The translations under genes were made by a program, and so were the position numbers. Shown one piece after another: positions 26,701-34,927 of a stretch of 51,855 bases of DNA (position 1 is the stretch's first letter; every line of letters begins with the position of its first letter). The notes under the pieces are model-generated. The model did not search any database, was not told where the DNA came from, and saw only the letters and a list, made by a program, of their open reading frames with translations. The stretch is from a plasmid, in sequence record NZ_AP026977.1; one strand, 5' to 3'.

Positions 26701-28508
26701 CCGCACTCGATGTCCTCACCCGCATCCTCGCCCGCGACACCACCCAAACCTCCGCGACCAGCCAGGCCCGCGACGCCGCCGACCCCGTGCAGCTGCTCGG
26801 TCCGGCTGTCGACGCCTACCTGCACGCGCTGGGCCACATCGCCGAAACCCGCATCGGCGCCGAGCGCCGCGCCGAAATCACCGCCGCAGCCGAACAACTC
26901 GCTCCTGGCGTGAGCGACGCCGACGCGTGGCCGGTGCTCGCGCAGCATCTGGCGCTGCTCGAGCTGTCCGGCCGCGACCCGATCCAAGCCCTCACCGACG
27001 CCGCGCAAGCCCGCGAACTCGGCTCCGCCGGGGACATCGCCGCCGTGCTGGACTGGCGCATCGACCCGACCGGACTGCACTCCCAGCCCGGCGCCCACCC
27101 GCGGCTGCGGTGGCTGCCCGCCATCCCCGCCGCACTCGGAGAGGGCAGCCAAGACCACGCGCACCTGGCCGCGCGCGCCCAGCAGATCAGCGAACTGGCC
27201 GACCAGATCGCCACCCGGGCCCGGACAGCCGACAGTGGGCAGATGCCGGTGTGGGCGGCGCGGCTGCACGAGATCGACCCGCGCTTGGTCGCCGACCTGG
27301 CGGTGTGGCGGGCGGCCCACGACGTTCCCGACGCCGACCGCCGACCCACCGGGCCCGCGCGGTACCCGGTGGCCGAGCGCCGCGAACAGGCCCGCCTGGA
27401 CGCCGCGGTGGCCGACCGGATCGGCGACCTCGACATCCACACCCGCCGCTGGAATCGCTTCGCCGCGATGCTCGACGAACGCCTACCCACCGACCCGTAT
27501 TGGCCGACCCTCGCCGCCGAACTGTCCCGCGCCTACGCCACCGGGGTGGATGTGTACACCCACGCCCGCACCGCGCACGCCCACCGGCCGCTTCCCGCCG
27601 AACAGCCCGCCGCCGCGCTGCGCTGGCGCATGGCCGCGAACCTCGACCGCGACCGAGACCCCGAATTCGTCGACCTCATCACCGAACTCCGCAACCAGAA
27701 CCTACGGGCACTACGCGACGCCGACCTCGCCCGCGAGGCCACCAGACGACGCCAACAGGTGGAGCACGCCGCCCCGTGGCAGCACGGGCCCGACCGGCTC
27801 ACCCGCGCGCTCGAAGCCCGCGAGCAGCTGCTCGAAGACCACCGCCGCCGCGACGCCCAGGCCGCCGACATCCGCACCGCCTACGCCCTCGCACGCCAAG
27901 ACACCGAACACTCCCTCCGCGAGGCCGACGCCCGCGAGGCTTGGCGAGCAGCACGCGACGATCTCGCCGCCCTGCGGTGGTGGCACACCCGCCAAACCCG
28001 CCTCCAGCGCGAGCAACACCACGACGACGCTCAAGAAGCACTCACCCAAGCCGTCGCACTCCGCGACGCCACCCGCGCCGAACTCAGCGAGCTGCGCGCC
28101 CGCATCGGTGCGCACGAATCCCTGTGGCCCCGCCTGCTCACCGAAGCCGCCGACACCGCCGCACGACACCAAGCCCTCACCAACGCCGACCGCGAGATCG
28201 CCGCCGGCCAACAAGAACGCGACCGCGACGACGCACGCCGCGCTGCGCGACGCGCCTGGGCTCAAGCCCCCGCCGACGAACAACAGCGCCGCGCCGAGCT
28301 TCCACCCGACGAGCTCGCTCGGGAAAACCGCGCCCGCAATGAGATCCACGCCCAGGACAACCCCCTGCCTTCCCGCGAGGAAATCGCCGCGCAGCGCGCC
28401 GAACGCAAACGCCAGCAGAAGCTCGAAGCCCAGCAGCGCCAACGCGACCGATGGAACACCGAGATCTACGACCACCGCCCCACTCGCAGCCCCGGCCACG
28501 GCCTGTAA
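23763..28508 (+). CDS. traA: MOBF-family conjugative relaxase/helicase (TrwC/TraA-like) with long Arg/Ala/Asp-rich C-terminal region
   Basis: N-terminal relaxase motifs (GFDLTFSPVKSVS, RFDHRDSRAGDPDLHAHVVVSN). Helicase Walker A VAVAPAGTGKTT and ATTIDSAQGLTVD. A GTG lies at 23760; ATG at 23763. Confidence 0.9.
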   Translation: MSLAKIASGDGYEYYLRNIATHDADERGPQALSDYYSERGESPGRWWGSGLAAVDIAVGDEVTESQMWALFGRGWHPNAEAMIVERVAELRAEGVSARTAKASALREVARIGTPFAKITVDELSYRAECRRAYEGWNLEHGRDRTAPVPDEVREILSTEVAEAMFAAEYGRDPLTEAELSAWVAKAARPASKAVAGFDLTFSPVKSVSMLWALASPEVAAKIEAAHQAAIVDALEFLEAHATYTRIGRGGVAQVEVDGLLATRFDHRDSRAGDPDLHAHVVVSNKVRRRDGGWGALDGKMFYRHAVTASEIYNTRLEHHLETALGAVEFVERDQLDAYKRPVRELAGASPELAAVWSSRAEAITTKLADLSRKFQQRHGREPGPKELWRLSEEATLSTRGGKHHARSRAEQRADWRAEAVRVLGSEDAVDAMVAGMLSRTVPQRDTAATLEVGELAVEIVDTVAEQRATWQAHHIRAEAARRLRGRITPHDFAQAFTEVVAAALSDPQSIPRHVVDPTPIALGLTRSDGTSVYTTAESTQYTSPAILAAEQRLLAAAHLPGGHTLPAAAVDVAMVEFAANGHELNPGQQALVQAFATSGQRFQVAVAPAGTGKTTAMRVLTNAWTSEGGTVVGFAPTAAAAAQLAEDSGAPAHTVDLLTTLAEHLDTGALDPDQAPQWLHAIDENTLVLLDEVAKTPTLKLDAAVRFLIGRGATIRAIGDDRQLASVTAGGIIRDIVETTAPITLTRVVRFADHGEAAASLALRDGDPAAVAYYADHNRLHTGTLTEAVHNAFRAWRADHTQGFDVALLAPTRALVTELNALARAERLTRDEHLGIPTGAEVPLGDGLRASAGDIITTRRNSRRLRISATDYVRNGYRWEVTGVLDDGRIAATHLRSGRAILLPADYVREHVTLGYATTIDSAQGLTVDRCHGVVTGSESRAQLYVMATRGRTANHLYVNTATAVDEHAAHTYSAVHPPTALDVLTRILARDTTQTSATSQARDAADPVQLLGPAVDAYLHALGHIAETRIGAERRAEITAAAEQLAPGVSDADAWPVLAQHLALLELSGRDPIQALTDAAQARELGSAGDIAAVLDWRIDPTGLHSQPGAHPRLRWLPAIPAALGEGSQDHAHLAARAQQISELADQIATRARTADSGQMPVWAARLHEIDPRLVADLAVWRAAHDVPDADRRPTGPARYPVAERREQARLDAAVADRIGDLDIHTRRWNRFAAMLDERLPTDPYWPTLAAELSRAYATGVDVYTHARTAHAHRPLPAEQPAAALRWRMAANLDRDRDPEFVDLITELRNQNLRALRDADLAREATRRRQQVEHAAPWQHGPDRLTRALEAREQLLEDHRRRDAQAADIRTAYALARQDTEHSLREADAREAWRAARDDLAALRWWHTRQTRLQREQHHDDAQEALTQAVALRDATRAELSELRARIGAHESLWPRLLTEAADTAARHQALTNADREIAAGQQERDRDDARRAARRAWAQAPADEQQRRAELPPDELARENRARNEIHAQDNPLPSREEIAAQRAERKRQQKLEAQQRQRDRWNTEIYDHRPTRSPGHGL

Positions 28509-28529
28509 GGCGTGGGTCACCTCACTCAG

Positions 28530-28572
28530 GCTGCCGCGCCCTCCCTCACGGGAGGGCTTGCCACACAACCCC
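28530..28572. repeat. direct repeat copy 1 (GCTGCCGCGCCCTCCC...CTTGCCACAC.ACAACCCC) with internal hairpin CCCTCCC tcac GGGAGGG
   Basis: Related copy at 28890-28940. The two flank a small - strand gene. Confidence 0.4.
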
Positions 28573-28591
28573 GACCGCGCCGTAGGTCAGA

Positions 28592-28777
28592 TCAGGATGA
28601 GCCCCGAGCCCCGCAGCAGTCCTCGCAGTAGTGCACCGGATCCAGGCCCTCGCCGGGGTATGTCGCGGACGGTTCGTCAGTGGCGTCCTCCAACTCGTCA
28701 TCCCAACCGGAGATGAACTCCCGGCCGCAGCCACCACACACCCAGACCCACGGATCAGTATCGACAATCTCGCTCAT
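28592..28777 (-). CDS. small acidic zinc-ribbon protein (61 aa)
   Basis: MSEIVDTDPWVWVCGGCGREFISGWDDELEDATDEPSATYPGEGLDPVHYCEDCCGARGSS. Confidence 0.35.
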   Translation of the reverse strand: MSEIVDTDPWVWVCGGCGREFISGWDDELEDATDEPSATYPGEGLDPVHYCEDCCGARGSS

Positions 28778-28889
28778 ACCTCTACCTGTACCGTGCGACG
28801 CGGTCTGTCGGGCTGGTCTCCACACGCGCAGTGTGAACCAGGCACCAGGTGAGATGGTCCCGCCGATGTCCCGGACCGCCGCGAATTGG

Positions 28890-28940
28890 GCTGCCGCGCC
28901 CTCCCCCCCAGCGGGGATGCCTTGCCACACCACAACCCCC
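28890..28940. repeat. direct repeat copy 2
   Basis: See 28530-28572. Confidence 0.4.
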
Positions 28941-28947
28941 GGGTCGG

Positions 28948-30972
28948 TCAGCGTTCGAAGCCGGACCGGTGATCCGGGCCCTGCCTGTGGCCGGGCGGGG
29001 GCATGAACTTCTGCCAGTCCTGCTCGGCCTCAAGGCGGCGCCCGGCAGCGTCGGTCGCCTCGTCGATGTCGTCGTTCTCGCGCGGCTCGGCCGGATCCGG
29101 CTGGTACTTGCCCAATCTGGCGTACAACTCGCTCTGCTCGGCCGCGGCCTTGGCCGCCCACCGCCGCAACGGCGACACCGGTTCCTCCGGTGCCGAGGCT
29201 TCGGCGCCCACCGGTTCGGCGCGCTCAGCCACCCCGGGTGCGGCCGGTGCGATGATGTGGCCGAACTCGTCGATCTCCGGGGCACCGGGGCGAGTCACCA
29301 ACGCGATACGCCGCTGTCCCCACTGCCCGGCCACCGTCTCGATCTTCTCGACCTGCCGCGCCTGGTCGACGGGACGGTCGGTAACCACCTTCGCGCGGGC
29401 GTGCGCCGCCCATCCCGGCGACCCGACCGCTTTCACGTACTCCCGGCCCGGGTCGACACCGGCCGCGCGCAAATGGATCTCGGTCAGCGCCTGGCGGGCA
29501 TGCACAGCCATCGCCGCCGCCGCGTTCGCGCGTTCGGTCGCAGCCAGCATGTCCATGACCGTGAGCAGGCAATCGGTCATGGCCTCGATCACCGCGATAT
29601 CGCTCGCAGCCTTCGACGTGGAAGACCACAACATCCGCGACACCGCCCGCAGACCCGACTTATGCGGCGAGCGCGGGTCACGCCGGCGTGCTGGGATCTG
29701 CGCGGCACGAGCGAGCTGGCGCGAGAGCTGATTCAACGGCCCCGGACGGGACTCGGTGCTCATACTCGCCGCCGCGAACACTCCCGCCGTCTGGCCCGCG
29801 GCTTTCGCCCAGGCGTCGCGGTCCTCCACCGGGATGGTGCGCATGTAGGCCGACCACTGAGCCAACCGGGTGATCGCCTCCCGCTCCGACACCGGATCCG
29901 GCGCGAACGACCGCCCGGACCGGGTAGTCATCGTGCCCCGCCACTGCGCCATCGCCGCGTCCTGCGCCTGCGGCGTCACCTCCCACCCCGCCCAAGCCCG
30001 CAACGCCTCCAGCGTGAGGTCTTTCGACAACCGCCCGCCGCCGTGCCACAGCGAGGTCCGCTCACCACCGGTGTCCTGCGCCCGAAACGGCGGGTACCGC
30101 ACCGAGTATCCGCCGACCGTGTACCCGCCCTTGGCGAACCGAGGCTTGACCATGATCCCGGCGGCGCGCAGCTGCTCGACGAACTCCGCTTCGGTGTCCG
30201 CGGCCGCCGCGATCGCACGCACCTGGCGGGCCAACAGCTCCCGATCGGTGGCCGGGGAGCCCCGCTCGGCGGCCCGCCGCAGTTCCCCCGGCATCGCCCC
30301 GCGTTCGGTGCCGCCCTCCTCCCGCGACCACAGCACCCGCAACCCGTGCTTGTGCTCCAGCACGTTCGCCGCCGCCTGCGACCGCCTCAAATCCCGATAG
30401 GTGTCGATCAGGCTGCCGTCCGGACGGACCACGCTCAACGCCAAATGCACGTGATCGTTGCCGTTCTTCGACAACCCGTGCCGGATCGCGGCCCACCGCA
30501 CATCCGGCACATCCGCACTCCCGATGAACCCCATCTCCCGCAGGAAATCCCGCGAGATCGCAGCCCACTTCTCATCCGAGAGTTCACCTTCGGCCGCCGC
30601 CAACGCCAGCGAGCAATGCCACACATGCTCATCACTGGTCGCCGCGTCGAACGCCTCCGCCTTCGACATCCCCTCGGCCATCAACGCCTTGGCCTTCTTG
30701 TAGGAGGTCACCAACACCGGCGCACCCCTCAACACCGTCTGACGCGAACTGTCCAACAACCGGCCCAGCTCCGCGCCCCGCGCCATGTCGATGCGACCAC
30801 CGAACACACTCACCGACACGATGTCCCCAGCGATCACCCGCTGATTCGTATGCTCGTTGTGCTTGCCCGGCCCGGCCAGATACCGCACCAGCCCGACCAT
30901 GTCGGCGCCCTTCGAAATGTTCGGAATCAACGGATCACCGGGCCGCGCGGTGTGCTCGCTGACGGCAAGCAT
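28948..30972 (-). CDS. relaxase/mobilisation-nuclease domain protein (MobA/VirD2-like), start uncertain (ORF extends to 31248)
   Basis: N-terminal region ISKGADMVGLVRYLAG...NGNDHVHLALSVVRPDG (HxDH.H.H-type motif) resembles MobA/MobL relaxases. A MobC-family gene lies upstream in the same operon. Confidence 0.55.
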   Translation of the reverse strand: MLAVSEHTARPGDPLIPNISKGADMVGLVRYLAGPGKHNEHTNQRVIAGDIVSVSVFGGRIDMARGAELGRLLDSSRQTVLRGAPVLVTSYKKAKALMAEGMSKAEAFDAATSDEHVWHCSLALAAAEGELSDEKWAAISRDFLREMGFIGSADVPDVRWAAIRHGLSKNGNDHVHLALSVVRPDGSLIDTYRDLRRSQAAANVLEHKHGLRVLWSREEGGTERGAMPGELRRAAERGSPATDRELLARQVRAIAAAADTEAEFVEQLRAAGIMVKPRFAKGGYTVGGYSVRYPPFRAQDTGGERTSLWHGGGRLSKDLTLEALRAWAGWEVTPQAQDAAMAQWRGTMTTRSGRSFAPDPVSEREAITRLAQWSAYMRTIPVEDRDAWAKAAGQTAGVFAAASMSTESRPGPLNQLSRQLARAAQIPARRRDPRSPHKSGLRAVSRMLWSSTSKAASDIAVIEAMTDCLLTVMDMLAATERANAAAAMAVHARQALTEIHLRAAGVDPGREYVKAVGSPGWAAHARAKVVTDRPVDQARQVEKIETVAGQWGQRRIALVTRPGAPEIDEFGHIIAPAAPGVAERAEPVGAEASAPEEPVSPLRRWAAKAAAEQSELYARLGKYQPDPAEPRENDDIDEATDAAGRRLEAEQDWQKFMPPPGHRQGPDHRSGFER

Positions 30973-31927
30973 CCCCGCAGTAGCGCCGTCGACGCCCGGT
31001 CGGAGGCTGCCGCATGACCTTGCCGCAACCGGCTGCTGCGCATCGTGTTTCGTGACATTCAGCCGCCGAAGTAGCCGCGCTGTCACGAAACTCGGAGGTG
31101 TAGTCGAGCGTGGATTCGGTCTGTAGCGGCCGGTTCGACCACAACACCTCGGTCCGCTCCCGGTGCGTTCCGCCCTGGGTGGTCCATGCCGCCAGCTCGT
31201 AGCGGTACCAATCCGGGTACAGCTGCCGGTCATACAGATCGCAGGCATACCCCGACACCACGACCGTCGCCGACGCGGCGTGTGCTGCCTCCGCCAGCTC
31301 GGTGTGCGCGGCCGCCGACATCGCCTCGATCCGATAGTTCCGCGCCCGCGTACCGCCCAGGTACGGCGGATCCAGGTAGATCAGCGTCCGATTCGTGCGC
31401 GGGCCCTGCCCGTAGTCGCGCAACACCTCCACTGCCGGACGGCACTCCAACGACACGCCACGCAGGCGCTCGGCCACCGGTCCGATCCGATCGATGTAGG
31501 ACGACAACCGGGCCGGACCACAGAACCCGTCCTCAGCCGATCGGGCATACCGCCACCCCGTCGTCCGCAACACACCACTGCGTCCCTGGGTCAGCATCAC
31601 CCACACCCGCCGGGCCCGCTCGACATCGTCGACATCAGCGTCCAACGCTCGGGCGTCCTGATGCTCCGCGCGGGCGTGCGGCGTCAACACGCACGCCCGT
31701 TCCAACTCCGCCGGACGGTCACGCAGCACCTGCCAGAACGTCATCAGATGCCGGTCGAGATCGTTCACCGTCTCCATCCGCGACCGCGGCTTCGCCAACA
31801 ACACCGACAGCGACCCCGCGCACGGCTCGACGTAATGCGAATGCGGCGGCAGCAGTGCCGCGATCCGCTCCGCGATGCGAGCCTTGCTGCCGTAATACAT
31901 CACCGGGCTGGCCAACCGACTCATCAC
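30935..31927 (-). CDS. Dam-family (D12 class) N6-adenine DNA methyltransferase with C-terminal Cys-rich tail
   Basis: YYGSKARIAERIAALLP (motif I/X). IYLDPPYLG (DPPY motif IV). Confidence 0.75.
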   Translation of the reverse strand: MMSRLASPVMYYGSKARIAERIAALLPPHSHYVEPCAGSLSVLLAKPRSRMETVNDLDRHLMTFWQVLRDRPAELERACVLTPHARAEHQDARALDADVDDVERARRVWVMLTQGRSGVLRTTGWRYARSAEDGFCGPARLSSYIDRIGPVAERLRGVSLECRPAVEVLRDYGQGPRTNRTLIYLDPPYLGGTRARNYRIEAMSAAAHTELAEAAHAASATVVVSGYACDLYDRQLYPDWYRYELAAWTTQGGTHRERTEVLWSNRPLQTESTLDYTSEFRDSAATSAAECHETRCAAAGCGKVMRQPPTGRRRRYCGDACRQRAHRAAR

Positions 31928-32442
31928 TCGCCCCCGCTCTCGTCAGGGTCCACCGCGTCGGCCCACCCGATCCCGCCGGCCTCGACGGAGCGGTCGACCT
32001 CGGGCAGCGACAACTCCGTCACCGCCGGGCCCTTGCCCACCATCGCGCGCGCGGCCTCGTCCAGCTGCAGACACACCCGCACCACCGAGCCCAACGCGAA
32101 CTCCAAGCCCTCAGCCAAATCCTTGTCCTGATGCGAATACCGAGTGAGCTGGTTGAGGTTGTTGCCCACCCGCCGCAACTCCGTATCCAGATCCGCGAAC
32201 GCCAACAACGCCTCCCGCACCGCCGCCACCGCCGCCGCCCCGCCCTCGACACCCTCACGCTCCAACGCCGTCTCCACCAACAACCGCGGCACCGTCATCC
32301 CCGCCGCCTCCGCCAACGCCGTGAGGTCCTCGTGCTCGGCATCGGTCAGCTTCACCACGCACCGATGCCTACGTCCCCCAGCCACATTCGCCTGCCGAGC
32401 GCGGCGCGCACGCGCCCGCAGATCCGGCGACTCCCCTGCCAT
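31924..32442 (-). CDS. mobC: MobC-family mobilisation (relaxosome accessory) protein
   Basis: LRRVGNNLNQLTRYSH matches the MobC signature (GNNLNQxAR). Stop overlaps the dam start. Confidence 0.65.
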   Translation of the reverse strand: MAGESPDLRARARRARQANVAGGRRHRCVVKLTDAEHEDLTALAEAAGMTVPRLLVETALEREGVEGGAAAVAAVREALLAFADLDTELRRVGNNLNQLTRYSHQDKDLAEGLEFALGSVVRVCLQLDEAARAMVGKGPAVTELSLPEVDRSVEAGGIGWADAVDPDESGGE

Positions 32443-32490
32443 CAGCAGCCCTCCAATATGCCCAGCGCAGCGACCACCCGAACGGGTGGG

Positions 32491-32508
32491 GGTGCACGAT
32501 AGTGCACC
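32491..32508. promoter_or_regulatory. inverted repeat GGTGCAC-gata-GTGCACC upstream of mobC (operator or second oriT candidate)
   Basis: Perfect 7-bp arms. A neighbouring hairpin CACCCG aa CGGGTG. Confidence 0.35.
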
Positions 32509-32645
32509 TAAATACCAGCTTGCTCCAATCCGATTCCGTCCCCAGCATAACCGACCGGACCGGCCTCCGGGCGGACGAAACGGGACCTCACCGCGCGGTC
32601 AATTCCGGCGCGGCAGAGTAGGTCTCGCGGCTACCGTTTGCGGCC

Positions 32646-32888
32646 ATGACTGCATCGCATGGGGAGCGCGCCGACGAGTTGGCGGCGCAGGCGAATCGGG
32701 AACTCGAACAGGCGCTGGCCTCCAGCGCGGACCTGCTCGACGGTGGGTGGGCGAACTACTCCGGGACCGGCAGGGAGTCCGCCGACAGGGTCATGTGGGA
32801 GCGGATACGCGCGCTACAGGCCCAGGCGCAGATCCACGCGGACCCTGGCCCTCAACGACACACGTACGCGGGTAATGTCCTGACATGA
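32646..32888 (+). CDS. possible small protein (80 aa)
   Basis: ORF in an otherwise empty intergenic stretch. Weak RBS. Confidence 0.3.
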   Translation: MTASHGERADELAAQANRELEQALASSADLLDGGWANYSGTGRESADRVMWERIRALQAQAQIHADPGPQRHTYAGNVLT

Positions 32889-32945
32889 CGAGACCCCGGC
32901 AGCCAGCTACTGCCGGGGTCTCGTCGTCGGTGTGCAGGTGCGGCG

Positions 32946-34868
32946 CTATTTCCGCAGTTCGATCACGCGGGCGCCGGTGTCCGCGTTGGAGATCCGTGTG
33001 TCGGCGTCCAGCCACTTCTTCACCGAAGCGAATCCCACGTGCAGGTCGCGAGCGATGCGGCTCGCTCCGTGCTCGGGGTTCTGCTCCTGGCGGGTCAGCA
33101 CCTGGGCGATCTGCTCGACCGAGGAGCGTGCTCCGGTCGCCTTCTTCACCTCGTGCGCCCGCACCCAGGCCGACGCCGTGACACCGGCCGGTGCTGCTCC
33201 GTACGCGGCGGCCTGGTGCTCCGTAGCGCCGGTCCGGGCGCTCCGCGGGGTGCTCCGTTCGGCGCGAGCGTGCTCCGTAGCAACCCTGCGGTGCTCCGTG
33301 GGCTGCTCCGCACGGCGCTCCGCCAGAACCGAAGTGCTCCGCAGGGTGCTCCGCACAGCAGGCGGGGTGCTCCGCTGAGTGCTCCGTACGACGGGCGGAC
33401 TGCTCGGTTCGTGCTCCGCAGACTGCTCCGTAGCAGTCACCGAGTGCTCCGTAGCAGGGTGCTCCACAACGGTGCTCTGCTGCTCGGTGGCTCGCGTAGC
33501 AGGGTGCTCCGCAACCTGCTCGACAGGCGCGGTCTCCACGGTGCCGGGCTGGGCCGCCACCGGCTCTACCAGCCCTTCAACGGGCGCGGCCGCGTCCTGC
33601 TCGACGTCCGGCTCGACCACACGAGGCGCGGGTTCGGTCCCGGGCGCCGTGGCGCTCCGCTGCTCCGCAAGGTGCTCCGTAGTGGCCTGGGTGCTCCGCA
33701 GACTGCTCAGTTCGTGCTCCGCAGAGTGCTCCACAAGCTGCTCCGCAGAGTGCTCCGTAGCGGTGCTCTGCTGCGCCGCAGGCTGCTCCGTAGCGGGGTG
33801 CTCCACAACGGTGCTCTGCTCGCCGGGCGGGGTGCTCTGTTCGTGCTCCGCAGCAGCAACCATCGGGCGCTGCGCAGCAGGTGCTCCGTTCGGGTGCTCC
33901 GTAGCAGTGCTCCGCTCGTCCGGCTGCTCCGCAGGAAGCTCGGCGGCCGACATCTCGATGTCGTCGGCCGTCGCCTCGTATCGCACGGGTTCGGGCCGTG
34001 CGGTGAGGATGTCGGGCAGGATCCGGTTCCCCGCGTCACCGACCTGGGTCAGGGCCGCCAGCCGGGCGTGCAGGTCCTCGTGATCGGGGACTTCGGCGGT
34101 GGCTCGTTCGATCGCGTGGCCGTAGCGTTCGGCGACCAGGCGGTGGGTGACCAGCGCGACGCCGATCATGATCGGTGCGACCACGTGCACACCGAAGCCG
34201 GTCACATCCCCGGTCCGGATGTACGGGAAGGTGTTGAGCGCGATGCTCGCGGTCAACAGGATGCCCTCGACGGTGTAGACCTGCCACAGTTTGTCGATGA
34301 CACCCCACTCGGCGGTGTCGGCGGTCGAGAGCATCAACGCCACCAGCACCACACTGATCAGCGCTTCCAGGCCGTAGGACAGCCAGAACATCGGATTGGT
34401 GACCCCGCCGGTCGGGGCGATGTTCTGCTGCACCGTGACCGCGGAGAACAGCATCGAGAACGCCACCACACCGGCGAGCATCCCCAGCACGCGCGGTTTG
34501 CGCTGGTGCAGGCGCGCGACTTTCGCGTGCGGGCTGCTGCTGTGGCGCTGCTCCCCGATCGCTTGCGCGGCCCGCAGCAGGTCCGCAGCTTCACGCTCGG
34601 CCAGCTCGGCGGCTGTGCGCCGAACCCGCTCGGCGGCGTCGGCGGCCGCCTGGATGCGTGCCCGCTGCTCGTTGCGTTCGTGGTCGCGCACCAGTTCAGC
34701 CAACTCGCGGGCGTCGACGAGCTCACGCTCCGACAACGCCGCCAGCAGCGCCGGGTCGTCCTGGTGAGCCAACCGCTCATGGGCGATCTGCACCCGGTCC
34801 GGCAGCGCCCCCACGACCAGGGCGTCCCCATCGGGAGGTGTGGTTCCGGGTTTCGAACGGGAGGACAT
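32946..34868 (-). CDS. membrane protein (640 aa): N-terminal coiled coil, 4 predicted TM helices, central tandem-repeat region, C-terminal putative HTH
   Basis: Hydrophobic segments VLGMLAGVVAFSMLFSAVTV, MFWLSYGLEALISVVLVALML, GILLTASIALNTFPYI, VHVVAPIMIGVALVTHRLV. Repeats STATEH/EHSAEQ. C-terminal VEQIAQVLTRQEQN...IARDLHVGFASVKKWL. Confidence 0.55.
   Translation of the reverse strand: MSSRSKPGTTPPDGDALVVGALPDRVQIAHERLAHQDDPALLAALSERELVDARELAELVRDHERNEQRARIQAAADAAERVRRTAAELAEREAADLLRAAQAIGEQRHSSSPHAKVARLHQRKPRVLGMLAGVVAFSMLFSAVTVQQNIAPTGGVTNPMFWLSYGLEALISVVLVALMLSTADTAEWGVIDKLWQVYTVEGILLTASIALNTFPYIRTGDVTGFGVHVVAPIMIGVALVTHRLVAERYGHAIERATAEVPDHEDLHARLAALTQVGDAGNRILPDILTARPEPVRYEATADDIEMSAAELPAEQPDERSTATEHPNGAPAAQRPMVAAAEHEQSTPPGEQSTVVEHPATEQPAAQQSTATEHSAEQLVEHSAEHELSSLRSTQATTEHLAEQRSATAPGTEPAPRVVEPDVEQDAAAPVEGLVEPVAAQPGTVETAPVEQVAEHPATRATEQQSTVVEHPATEHSVTATEQSAEHEPSSPPVVRSTQRSTPPAVRSTLRSTSVLAERRAEQPTEHRRVATEHARAERSTPRSARTGATEHQAAAYGAAPAGVTASAWVRAHEVKKATGARSSVEQIAQVLTRQEQNPEHGASRIARDLHVGFASVKKWLDADTRISNADTGARVIELRK
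33190..33950. repeat. imperfect short tandem repeats (units like GTGCTCCGTAGC / GTGCTCCGCAGA) inside the 640-aa gene
   Basis: Directly visible repeated 12-15-nt units encoding the TEH/AEQ peptide repeats. Confidence 0.5.
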
Positions 34869-34927
34869 CAGGAGGAACCTTTCTCTGTGGTGTCGCGGAT
34901 CGCGGGGCTGGTCGGTGCTGTGGCCCG

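Noticed and set aside
26927-28716. Alternative-frame ORFs of 471 and 493 aa inside the relaxase C-terminal region, and many similar Arg/Pro-rich ORFs elsewhere (for example 3697-4311, 13017-14171, 25419-26261)
   Set aside because: Typical high-GC frame artefacts. They overlap well-supported genes and have Arg/Pro/Gly-dominated composition.
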